DNA of 52,204 nucleotides from Candidatus Pacearchaeota archaeon (GCA_038869535.1 JAWCQY010000001.1:1-52204); one strand, 5' to 3'. Shown: positions 8,894 to 18,100, counted from the stretch's first letter. Program-made: numbers and translations. The notes: generated from the letters alone by a model not told the origin.

Positions 8894-9172
8894 ATGAGTA
8901 AAGTAAAAACTGTTATCTGTCCTCATTGTAATTCACAAATCAATATTAGAAAAAAAATTATAGGAAGAGTATCTTTATCTTTGGGAAGTTCAGTTTTGTC
9001 AGGGTCTATAGGTAGCACTTTAGGTATAGCTGGCGCAATATTTTCATTCCCCATTGCAATCCCTGCTACACTTGCTGGAGTAGCAATAGGAGGTATTATT
9101 GGTTACAGTTTTGGTAAAAAATTAGATTCCAATTTTGATTGTCCTGTATGTAAAATGAAAGTCAAAATCTGA
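8894..9172 (+). CDS. zinc-ribbon / glycine-zipper membrane protein
   Basis: 92 aa. CPHC...CPVC flanks GSSVLSGSIGSTLGIAGAIFSFPIAIPATLAGVAIGGIIG. Confidence 0.55.
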   Translation: MSKVKTVICPHCNSQINIRKKIIGRVSLSLGSSVLSGSIGSTLGIAGAIFSFPIAIPATLAGVAIGGIIGYSFGKKLDSNFDCPVCKMKVKI

Positions 9173-9184
9173 AATTTTCCCATT

Positions 9185-9216
9185 ACTGCAACAGTTGTAT
9201 TTATGACTGTTGCAGT
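9185..9216. terminator. bidirectional hairpin between convergent genes
   Basis: Perfect 11-bp inverted repeat ACTGCAACAGT/ACTGTTGCAGT with a 10-nt loop, between 8894-9172(+) and 9234-9605(-). Confidence 0.6.
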
Positions 9217-9233
9217 ATCATTAATCATTATTA

Positions 9234-9605
9234 CTAAGGAATTTTGACTATTTGAATTATTTTTACTAAAGATCGTTGCTTCTGCGGTGGTAATATTATT
9301 TTTTCAGGATCAAGAATTAATGCATGATATTCATTGTCAGGCAATTTATCAGGCTTCAAATATATCCCAACCTCTTTTGTCTCACCAGCATTTAATTTAC
9401 CCGCACCATAATTTGTTCTATTTCTTAATAAAAATTGAATAATATCTTTCTCTTCTCTTTCACCATCTCTATCTACAGATACACCTTTTTTATCTTTAAA
9501 TAAAGCAGTTGAAGGTCTATTCTCATCTTCTTTCCAAAAATTGGGATGTATCGCTCTGTACAAGTATTCATTATCTAATATTTCGGAATCAGGATTGAAA
9601 CTCAT
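9234..9605 (-). CDS. hypothetical protein (last gene of a 3-gene accessory operon)
   Basis: 123 aa. 17-nt overlap with the upstream ORF. No motif recognised. Confidence 0.55.
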   Translation of the reverse strand: MSFNPDSEILDNEYLYRAIHPNFWKEDENRPSTALFKDKKGVSVDRDGEREEKDIIQFLLRNRTNYGAGKLNAGETKEVGIYLKPDKLPDNEYHALILDPEKIILPPQKQRSLVKIIQIVKIP

Positions 9606-10143
9606 TAATTAAATCTACAATTTCGTTAATATTTATAACTTCTTTTTCTTCTGATATGTTATTTTCTTCTTTGTATAATATATATTTATCCTTAAAAATT
9701 TCTACTTCTAAATAATCTCTATTTGGTTTTTCATACTCAATTTGAATTGTTCCTCGACCAGTTGGGAAAACCTCTGGTTGATACTTTAATTCTTTATGAA
9801 TTATTAGCTCTAAGACTCTTTTCAAAACATTATTGTCAATTTTTTCAGCCCCATAACCATCCCAATTTTCATCTAATTCAGAAAATGAAATTATTTTAAT
9901 TATGTTATTAATTTTTTTCTTTAGAAAATCTTTTTCAGCTAAATCTGACCTTAATTTTTTTACTTCTTCATCCTGTTTTTTTTCTTTAACTTGTTGTAAG
10001 TCTAAATTTATTGCTAATTCTTCATCTAATATATTTATATTGTTCGTAATGTCTTTAGGTCTTATTGGGAATATTCCCAAAATATTATCAATACTTGTTT
10101 GTTGTATTCTCAGTATTGGATAACTTATAGTCGAGGCATTCAT
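9589..10143 (-). CDS. hypothetical protein
   Basis: 184 aa. C-terminal NWDGYGAEKI...PTGRGTIQIEYE. Function unknown. Confidence 0.55.
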   Translation of the reverse strand: MNASTISYPILRIQQTSIDNILGIFPIRPKDITNNINILDEELAINLDLQQVKEKKQDEEVKKLRSDLAEKDFLKKKINNIIKIISFSELDENWDGYGAEKIDNNVLKRVLELIIHKELKYQPEVFPTGRGTIQIEYEKPNRDYLEVEIFKDKYILYKEENNISEEKEVININEIVDLINEFQS

Positions 10144-10148
10144 AATAA

Positions 10149-10814
10149 TTAATTACCATTTTTATTTAAGAATTCTAAAATTTCTTCTTCAAAATATTTT
10201 TTTGCACTGGAAAATATTCTATCACATGACTCATCTGTTATTCCCGTTAACTTATTCTCTGTTTTTTCATTAAAATCAACCATTCCTTGTAGTATATATT
10301 CTTTCTCAATATTTTCTGACATAGAAAAATGTATATTATAATCATATCCCTTGTAATTCGTTACATAATAAATATGAAAATCAAGCCCTTTTAACTTTTC
10401 ACCTATTTGAAAATTTCGAAAAACCTTTTCTTTTAATATAAATCGATTATAAACAGGACGTTCTAATTTCATTTTAAAATTAGTAATAAGACCAACTAAT
10501 GAAAGTTTAATTTTAGGTGAATATTCTTTCCAAATATCTAAAATTTTTTTCGAGTTCTCGATTATTTTTTTAAAATCTGGAATATCTTGATATACTATTG
10601 AATTAGGAGTTAATTGTATTTCAAATACTTTATTTTCTGGAACTTTAAGTATATCAAGACCCCCTACTCTTATTACTTTAAAATTTAAATTAAATAAATA
10701 TTGTAAGTCATTAATCAAATTTGATTTAAAATTCTCATAATTATGGTCTATGTTAAATGCATGCATTCCCACTAAGTATGATGCGATTTCTACATTATCT
10801 TTATTAATTTTCAT
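10149..10814 (-). CDS. hypothetical protein
   Basis: 221-aa ORF, 5 nt upstream of the next gene. Confidence 0.55.
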   Translation of the reverse strand: MKINKDNVEIASYLVGMHAFNIDHNYENFKSNLINDLQYLFNLNFKVIRVGGLDILKVPENKVFEIQLTPNSIVYQDIPDFKKIIENSKKILDIWKEYSPKIKLSLVGLITNFKMKLERPVYNRFILKEKVFRNFQIGEKLKGLDFHIYYVTNYKGYDYNIHFSMSENIEKEYILQGMVDFNEKTENKLTGITDESCDRIFSSAKKYFEEEILEFLNKNGN

Positions 10815-10920
10815 AGCAAAATTTTATTAACTGATATATTACATTTTTCTCAAATTATTTATCAAAAATAATAAATCACTCTATCATTTACACATAATAT
10901 ATATACTTTGTTTCATTTGA

Positions 10921-11298
10921 TCATCTTGCGAGATATATTTCAAGTTTTTTCCTAATTGGTAAATTCCATGATATTTCTGGTTTTGCTTCATCTAATAGTA
11001 CTTTCCCTGGGATTATGTAATGTTTAATCTCATCCGTTCCAATTCCAATAACTAAATGAATCCTATACTCTAAATTTTGTTTCTTGCATAATCTTGCTTT
11101 TTCATATTCAGTATTAGTAAAATATCTAAATAAAACTCTGGTTAAATCTTTAGTTGTTGCTCCTTTAACTTCAATGAATAGTGTTGAATCTTCATTTTTA
11201 AAATCATAGCCAAGTTCTCCTTTAGTCTTAACTAATCTAACATTTTGCTTTCTATAATATTCCTTTACAAATTCTTCGGCTGCTTTTCCAGTATTCAT
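10921..11298 (-). CDS. restriction-endonuclease-like (PD-(D/E)XK, DUF3883/Mrr-type) small protein
   Basis: 125 aa, GGGAGGA RBS. GYDF-x9-FIEVKG gives a D...E-x-K core. Confidence 0.5.
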   Translation of the reverse strand: MNTGKAAEEFVKEYYRKQNVRLVKTKGELGYDFKNEDSTLFIEVKGATTKDLTRVLFRYFTNTEYEKARLCKKQNLEYRIHLVIGIGTDEIKHYIIPGKVLLDEAKPEISWNLPIRKKLEIYLAR

Positions 11299-11341
11299 TT
11301 CTCATCCTCCCTAATTTTCAAAAATATTTTATAAATAAAAT

Positions 11342-11947
11342 TTAATAATACCTATGACTTGCTTCCCAATTTGACAATCTCATATAAAACTGTCCATAAA
11401 AAGTATTCCTTTCTTCAATGCTCATTGCAAGATCTCTGTCGTTTAAAAATGCTCTTATAAAATTAATAATACTTATTTCTGGAAAATATTCTCTAAAAAA
11501 ATTATTCCATGTTTCTGTATAAAAATTAACAAATTCATTTACATCTATTCCATTAAATCTTGTTACTTGTCTTTCATAAGGCACACTCAAAATTTTCTTG
11601 GGATTTTCATGATTAGGACGCATTCCTGGCCACCCAAATTTTGGATATTTCGTAAGTTCCCTGAATTCTAAATATTGGTCGTGATAATAAGTATGCATTA
11701 ACGAATCTGTTACAACAATCATAAATAAACAAAGAATAAAATAGTCAAGATTGTTTCTGTCAATATTTCTAATATCTCTTTCAATATTTTGCCAGTTTAT
11801 GCCCCCAAAAAACCTTGTATATTCATCAACACCATATAAATGCGGATCTCTAAAATAGTATTCTGGAAGTTCTTGATATTCTAATGTTTCAATATCATGA
11901 GGGAATTGATTAAGATAATAATCTTGAAACGGCATCACCCCCTCCAT
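11342..11947 (-). CDS. hypothetical protein
   Basis: 201-aa aromatic-rich ORF. No motif recognised. Confidence 0.5.
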   Translation of the reverse strand: MEGVMPFQDYYLNQFPHDIETLEYQELPEYYFRDPHLYGVDEYTRFFGGINWQNIERDIRNIDRNNLDYFILCLFMIVVTDSLMHTYYHDQYLEFRELTKYPKFGWPGMRPNHENPKKILSVPYERQVTRFNGIDVNEFVNFYTETWNNFFREYFPEISIINFIRAFLNDRDLAMSIEERNTFYGQFYMRLSNWEASHRYY

Positions 11948-12104
11948 TTATATAATAAATTTGCTTTACCCTCATTCATAAAACTTTACAATCATATTTA
12001 TTAACAAATTTGCAAATAATTTATTTTCTTTTCAATAATATTTTTTTGATGCTTTAATTAAAATCATTTTTTTATTTTACAAACGTTTAAAAATAATTTT
12101 ATCC

Positions 12105-13271
12105 ATGAAGGGCATCTACATCCAAAAAAATTCTCCTTATTATTGGCTTCGTTATTATGATAAATTAGAAACTGATCCTTCTCGTAAAAGAAAATCTGTA
12201 AATACAAAAATTCCTGTTACGGAAGCTGACCGCAAAAGATACGAGAAAGGCGAAAAACTTGTCGGCACTCAACAGCTTCGAAATTTGGTTCGTGAATTTA
12301 AAGCAGGACTTGCAGAAAGAGACCTGCAGGCTAAATCTGGTGTAAGATTAAAAAAACAATTGCTGCTTTCCGATGCATTAAAAGAATTTGCTGAAATAAG
12401 AACAATCCCCGGAATAAAAAAATTTCTTAAACAAAAGACTTTAGAAAATTATAATATTGCGGTAAACCATTTTATTAATGCCTGCGGTGATAAATATATT
12501 TATAAGTATAACGATAAAGATTATTATAAACTGCTCTTTTACTTTGAAAAAAAGAAATTATCAAAAAATTCCCGGTCTATTTATACCCGCACACTTCACT
12601 CACTCTGGAAATATTTTGTTGATAAAAAATATGTATCGAAAAACATAATAGAACCAATTGATTCGGAAGAGAAAGATCCAAATCCAATATTATTTGAAGA
12701 TATGTATACTATAATTCAATCATTTAAGGAAGACACAAAATATCCGCATCATTATTGGTTAATTTATTTTATGCTGCTTACTGGCTGCCGTCCTTCCAGT
12801 GCTATGGTCCAGATGAAAGAAGACATCGATTTCAAACGCAAACAAATTATTATAAGAAACATTAAAGCAGGCGAGTTAAAAGGAAAACCATATTATCGTT
12901 TTCCTCTTTATAAAGAATTAGAAAATCTTTTAATAGTAATGAATGTATCTCCTGGGGATAAGGGCAGATTATTTCCTATGTACAAAATAAATCCACGAAA
13001 TTATACTTATCCTTTAAGCTTCTGGGAAAGAAAAATTAATACACTTTACAATGAAGGCAAAATCGAAAAACGTTATACATTAAAACAAATTCGTTCAACT
13101 ACTGCCAGCTTTTTAATAAACATACTTAAAATGGATATTTTTACAGTAAAAAAATTGCTCGACCACGCAAATATTCAAATAACAGATAAAAATTACATTG
13201 ACTATAATGTTAATGTTGCAAGGAAAGATTTAGATAAGTTTACACTGAAGAATCTAAAAAAAGTGTTATAA
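12105..13271 (+). CDS. int: tyrosine recombinase / phage integrase
   Basis: 388 aa. LLTGCRPSS (Arg I), KQIRSTTASF, LLDHANIQITDKNYIDY (His + catalytic Tyr). attP lies directly downstream. Confidence 0.85.
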   Translation: MKGIYIQKNSPYYWLRYYDKLETDPSRKRKSVNTKIPVTEADRKRYEKGEKLVGTQQLRNLVREFKAGLAERDLQAKSGVRLKKQLLLSDALKEFAEIRTIPGIKKFLKQKTLENYNIAVNHFINACGDKYIYKYNDKDYYKLLFYFEKKKLSKNSRSIYTRTLHSLWKYFVDKKYVSKNIIEPIDSEEKDPNPILFEDMYTIIQSFKEDTKYPHHYWLIYFMLLTGCRPSSAMVQMKEDIDFKRKQIIIRNIKAGELKGKPYYRFPLYKELENLLIVMNVSPGDKGRLFPMYKINPRNYTYPLSFWERKINTLYNEGKIEKRYTLKQIRSTTASFLINILKMDIFTVKKLLDHANIQITDKNYIDYNVNVARKDLDKFTLKNLKKVL

Positions 13272-13283
13272 AAAGTGTTATAA
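13262..13283 (+). repeat. attP arm-type sites, 2 x AGTGTTATAA
   Basis: Direct copies at 13262-13271 and 13274-13283, overlapping the integrase stop. Confidence 0.55.
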
Positions 13284-13310
13284 TAATTTTTTTATATATT
13301 CCATTAAAAC

Positions 13311-13347
13311 TAAAAAAGCCCTGTAACTTATTTAATTACAAGGCTTT
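13311..13347 (-). terminator. intrinsic terminator just 3' of the tRNA-derived core
   Basis: Minus strand: AAAGCCTTGTAA-loop-TTACAGGGCTTT followed by TTTTTTA. Confidence 0.55.
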
Positions 13348-13354
13348 AGAATTG

Positions 13355-13396
13355 CGGGGCCGACGAGACTCGAACTCGCGACCTCCTGCGTGACAG
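13355..13396 (-). other. attP core = 3' half of tRNA-Asp(GTC); not a complete tRNA gene
   Basis: Minus strand reads CTGTCAC-GCAGG-AGGTC-GCGAG-TTCGAGT-CTCGT-CGGCCCC-G: anticodon loop, 3' anticodon stem, variable loop, T arm, 3' acceptor strand and discriminator. The preceding bases cannot form the 5' anticodon stem. Confidence 0.8.
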
Positions 13397-13476
13397 TAAG
13401 CTTAACCTTTGTTTTTCGCTTTTTTTCAAAGATTTTTCAATAAAAATTGCTCCTGCCTGTGCCCTTTTTTAAAAAA

Positions 13477-13496
13477 AGTGTTATAATAGTGTTATA
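13477..13496 (+). repeat. attP arm-type sites, AGTGTTATAA + AGTGTTATA
   Basis: Direct copies at 13477-13486 and 13488-13496, on the other side of the core. Confidence 0.55.
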
Positions 13497-13664
13497 TATA
13501 AATTTATTATACTATTCTTAAATATAGTAAAGTAATCATAACATAGTTAAATTCATCAATCTTTCCTCTGAAATCCTCTATTTGATTAAATTCTTCAATT
13601 CTTTTAAAAAAGCATTCTTTGTGGTATTGGCATATCAATCCCACAAAAAATTTATTGAAAAATT

Positions 13665-14096
13665 TTAATTTCCTCTTACAAATTTTTTTGGATCAACAAT
13701 AGGCAAATAAGCACCTTCCAAAAACGTGCCTTTTGTTTTTTCCGATAATATTCCTCTTGTGGTAGATATCGAAATACTTATTAATGTAGTTACAAAAATA
13801 TCTGGAAGATTAATTTCTTTATCATCTGATTTCTGTAATTTCTCTAATTCTTTTATTTCGTAACTAATCCTTGTTATTAATTCACATAATTTGTAATTAT
13901 CTTTTGATAATTCCACGTAAGTATCTACATTAATTATACTGTTCTTATCATCAATACTTAAACCTATTTTTATATCAAATTTTATCTCTTTTTCATCAAT
14001 ACTCGATGAATCTAATTTATTTTCTATAAAAAATTTAATTAAAGAGATTTTCTTAAGTCGAAATCCAATCTTCTCTGTTATCTTATCAGGCTGCAT
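13665..14096 (-). CDS. SecB-like chaperone (third gene of the TAC module)
   Basis: 143 aa. FRLKKISLIKFFIE / CELITRISYEI / TTRGILSEKTKGTFLEGAYLPIVDPKKF parallel E. coli SecB FQIQRIYTKDISFE / FLCEVQQ / [24 protein letters not shown]. 11-nt overlap with the antitoxin gene. Confidence 0.6.
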   Translation of the reverse strand: MQPDKITEKIGFRLKKISLIKFFIENKLDSSSIDEKEIKFDIKIGLSIDDKNSIINVDTYVELSKDNYKLCELITRISYEIKELEKLQKSDDKEINLPDIFVTTLISISISTTRGILSEKTKGTFLEGAYLPIVDPKKFVRGN

Positions 14097-14463
14097 CTTC
14101 TAATACATATTTGTTATCATCAACACTTATATTGCTCATTTCTTTATAAATATACACATACTTATAAATAATTTTTTCTTTATCTTCTAAATCATATTTT
14201 GTAAATATCAATTTTTCACCAAGCGCTTCTTCTATTTTAGCTATTGTATCAATCGTAAAATTATGACTCCCCGATAACCATTTACTAATTTCCGATTCTT
14301 TCTTATTCATCTTTTCTGCAAGTTCTTTTTGTCTCATGCCTTTCTTTTCTAATATATCTTCTATAGATGCTGCTATTCCCATAGAATGATCAATAAAATA
14401 TTTAAGATTATCTTCTGTTTTTTCTAAAAATTTTTTTACTTCATCTTTTACATTATTATTCAT
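14086..14463 (-). CDS. XRE-family HTH antitoxin (HigA-like) with aggregation-prone C-terminal tail
   Basis: 125 aa. HTH MRQKELAEKMNKKESEISKWLSGSHNFTIDTIAKIEEALG. C-terminal extension contains KIIYKYVYIYK. Confidence 0.65.
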   Translation of the reverse strand: MNNNVKDEVKKFLEKTEDNLKYFIDHSMGIAASIEDILEKKGMRQKELAEKMNKKESEISKWLSGSHNFTIDTIAKIEEALGEKLIFTKYDLEDKEKIIYKYVYIYKEMSNISVDDNKYVLEDAA

Positions 14464-14481
14464 TTTATACCTTCTTCTTTT

Positions 14482-15003
14482 TTATAAAATAATATTGTTA
14501 ACTTCTTCAGTATCAAACTCTAAATTCCCTTCTAATCCATTCTCATTAATTAAAATCTCTTTGTTCATAACACGTTCATCAATTAATTTGTCTAACTTCA
14601 TTAGAAAATTGCATATATCATTTAATTCTGGATTCTCAATCAATTTTTGTTTATTCTCATCTTTAATTCCTCCGCCGCCGATAATTATTGCTAAGTTTGA
14701 TAATTTTATACAATATAATCTTAATAATGGCAATTTCAATTCCTCATCCCTTTCATTAAGTATTCTGTAAACTCTGAAATTATGTGGTCTTTCCGGACTT
14801 TCTCTTTTAAATGAACCATCTCGTATCCCAAATTTCTTAACCATATTTTCTAACAATATGTCTATGGTTTTAATTCCAGATGGGTTAATATCTTTATGTG
14901 TGTAGACAAATTCTTCGTATTCATTGTATTCTTTTGAATTATACTTGATAGTATAAATAATACCTTTTTTGCCTTTTTTTACTTCAATTATCGAAAACTT
15001 CAC
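14482..15003 (-). CDS. RelE/HigB (Gp49-like) toxin-domain protein with N-terminal extension
   Basis: 173 aa, GTG start. LRLYCIKLSNLAIIIGGGGIKDENKQKLIENPEL matches the R-x-[FY]...hydrophobic-GG-x-K signature of Gp49/HigB toxins. Directly precedes the HTH gene. Confidence 0.45.
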   Translation of the reverse strand: MKFSIIEVKKGKKGIIYTIKYNSKEYNEYEEFVYTHKDINPSGIKTIDILLENMVKKFGIRDGSFKRESPERPHNFRVYRILNERDEELKLPLLRLYCIKLSNLAIIIGGGGIKDENKQKLIENPELNDICNFLMKLDKLIDERVMNKEILINENGLEGNLEFDTEEVNNIIL

Positions 15004-15108
15004 TTATAAGTTAAGTTTTTTAATTAATAATTGCAAATTATTTAGTAAAATAAAAATACTTTCTTAATATTCAAATTCATTTGTCATTAGGAAAATAAAT
15101 GTCATTAT

Positions 15109-18100
15109 TTATCTTCCTGCGCTTGCTCTTTCTATATTTATTTTCGGTATCATTATTTTTGTTTTTTCTTTTTCTTCTTCCGGTACTATCCAATCTGTTA
15201 TCTTCTTGCTTATTGCTCGCCCCGTTACTCTGTCAACTAATCCCAATACTGGAACTACATTTAATCCATAACTTGTTAAACTTCTTGTTATTCCTCTTTT
15301 ATTCCAGTTGAAATAATCTCCATAGGGGAATATTTCTACTTTCGGAAGCAATGGAGAAGCTGCAAAGTTTTGAGGATTCAAAGCATAAAATGGCAATGGA
15401 GAAATATCAAATAATGTTTTTGCAATTAATTTATTAATCAATCTTTCTTTTTCTTTTTCAGTTAAATTTTCGCCCGCCAGTAATTCCATTAATCTGTCTT
15501 TCTCTTCTTCTCCATGTATTAAATTATAAAACATTGCATCAGTTAAATCATATATGAAGGAAAACGCTGATGATATTAATGCTGCTTTAGCCCAGTATTT
15601 ACTCCAGTGATATATAATTTGTGATTTATTTCTCATCGGCTCTAATTTTTCTATTGTTTTATTTAATGATTCTTCCTGTTTCTTAAGCCAATAATGATAT
15701 TCTTTTAAATCACTAATTCCGAATTCTTCTTCATAATTTTTATAATTTTTAATCATCAATTCTGCTGCTTTCCTGTATAATTCTGCGGCTCTTAACATCT
15801 CTACTGGTTTTACATTCTCGCTTAATCCTCTTCTTAATATCCTTTGTGCTCTCAATCCTTCAGCACCCTTCATACTTGTGAAAATTGTTTGACTTATATG
15901 CTCAAGTGTTGCAATTGGAAATCTCTTGAACATCAAAAAGAATCTTATCAGTTCTTTATCAAATAATGATGGTCTGTAAGCTGCAGATGGGCTGATCTGT
16001 GTCTGCGATGCTAAATCCATACCATTTCGTACCGCCGTATCAAATGTATCTCTGTTTTCAAGAACTTTATTTATAGCTTCAATTTCAGATAATCCTTTAT
16101 TTCTTAATCTTTTATATTCCGGTTGTTTAATTACATAATCAATAATGCCGCCAAGTTCTGCATACTTCCAATTGCTCAATTCTGCAAGTTGAAATGGTTC
16201 TACTTTTCTAATTTTTTCATTAATTCTCAACAACCTGCTTCTCTTAATATCCTCCATTGATAATTCAAGATAGCGTGGTGTTTCGTGTGATGCTTCATAT
16301 ATTGCATTTAATAAATTGCCTGTTGCCTGCTTGTATTTATAAAATATTTTATTTGTAATCCTTACCGCTTCAGGTGTCATATAAAGTTTTGCAAAATCTT
16401 TTTGAGTATAATTTTGTACTGCATTCTTAAGTGAGAATGAAAGAAAGTTAGTATACTCAGCATTTCTCATTCCTCTTAACATTCTCATAAATAGATTTCG
16501 TGATGGTATCTCCGGATCAAGCACGGATCTCATATACTGAATTGCTGTTCTCATTGATTGTTTCTTAAGAAGCGGCGGAATATCATTTTTAAAATCAGTA
16601 TAATAATAATTAACTGCATCTTTATAAGCTAATGCTTTTGAAACAGAGAAAATATAATTCTTTGTTATTCCGAGTAAATCTCTTCGAATATCTTTTATAT
16701 CAAATTCTCTTGGATTAAGATATCTGCTGTTTGCAGATATAAAATTGTTTAATCCCTTTGTATTAATTTCCATAACATCTGCTGGATTACTTATTATCTC
16801 ATCAATTATAAATGAATCTCTAATTATATGCGGGAAATAATCACTTCGAACTTTATAACCTGCCTTTTTAATTTCATTATAAAATCCAAAAGGTATATCT
16901 TTGCCGCCATAAATTTTTAAGTACAATTCATATAATTCCTTTTCAATATCACTTTTTAATATTTCTTTAACATTATCTCTGTCTTCAAGTGCTTTAATTA
17001 TTTTTGCTTCAATTCTCTTTATCTCCTGTTCTCCGCTCTCTGATTTAATTTTATCATAAACATCTTCAATCTTATTTATTATCTCATAATATCTTTCTAT
17101 TATATCCATTCTATTTTTAGTCCCATGTGCAATCCTTTGTGCAAGTTCTGCTCCCGCTGCACCATACTTTAATGTCATTAATTTGATTTTCTCACCAAAT
17201 TCTGTTAATGCTCTAATTTTCGAATACTTACCTAATCTGTTTTTAGGATTATTAATTATTTCTTCTGCTGTTCTTAATATTTCTTCCTGTAATTTTTTAG
17301 GCATATTTTTGTTAATTAATATTTTCTTAATCTCATTTTTTAATTCTTCTGTTTTTTTATCTGTCAAATCGGCTTTAGGCTCAACTATTGTTCCTTCTTC
17401 TTCTTTGCTTTTTCTATATTCTCTTAATTTTGCTTTATATGTTTCTCTGAATAATTTTAAAATATCATCTGGACTTATATCACCAGCTCTTTCTCTAATC
17501 TTTTTAGAAAAATCTGCATATCTTCTATAACCTTCATCAAATAACTCAGATGCCTGAGGCAGATATTTCTTAAATTCTTCTTTAGTCCCTTCATATTTAC
17601 TTTCATACTTTCTATTTACTTTTTCAGCTTCCCAGCCGCCTCTTTCACCTGTAAATAATCTGTGCTGTTCATTCCATGCATTTATTATATCATCTCTTTC
17701 CCATGCAGGCAATTCTTCAATTTCAGCTTCATGTTTTTTCCTCCAATTTTTCAATTCATATATATTTTTTATCGTTGCAATTCTGTCCATATAATATTTC
17801 AGATCCTTAGGATACAGCTCCTCTTGAATCTCGCTTATTTTTTGCATTAGTTTATTATTGATTAAATCATCCTCAGTTAATATTTTTGTGGAGCCGGATT
17901 TGGTTACTTCCATGGGCAATCGGAGCCCGGCGGATCGTAACCAAATCTGGCTTTTGTTTTTATTATAATATCTTAATAATCCTTTATCAATCCACTCAAT
18001 AAAAGTTTTATCTCTTTCCTTTATGTAAACACTTGCTATCTTATTTACAAAATGTTGCTGTTCTCTCTTGCTTAAATGAATTGCTGCTACAATATTGCCT

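Noticed and set aside
13353-13400. A functional tRNA gene
   Set aside because: Only the anticodon loop through the 3' acceptor strand is present. The 5' anticodon stem, D arm and 5' acceptor strand are missing. It is interpreted as the attP core.
13619-13646. A terminator after the TAC operon (TTGTGG...CCACAA)
   Set aside because: It has only a 6-bp stem with a 16-nt loop, and the U-run is displaced. This is too weak to call.
15325-15348. Extra degenerate copies of the element (GGGGAATATTTCTACTTTCGGAAG at 15325-15348; ATTCCTTTGGAA at about 25331-25345)
   Set aside because: These are only loose or 12-nt similarity and could be chance or very old remnants. They are not counted.
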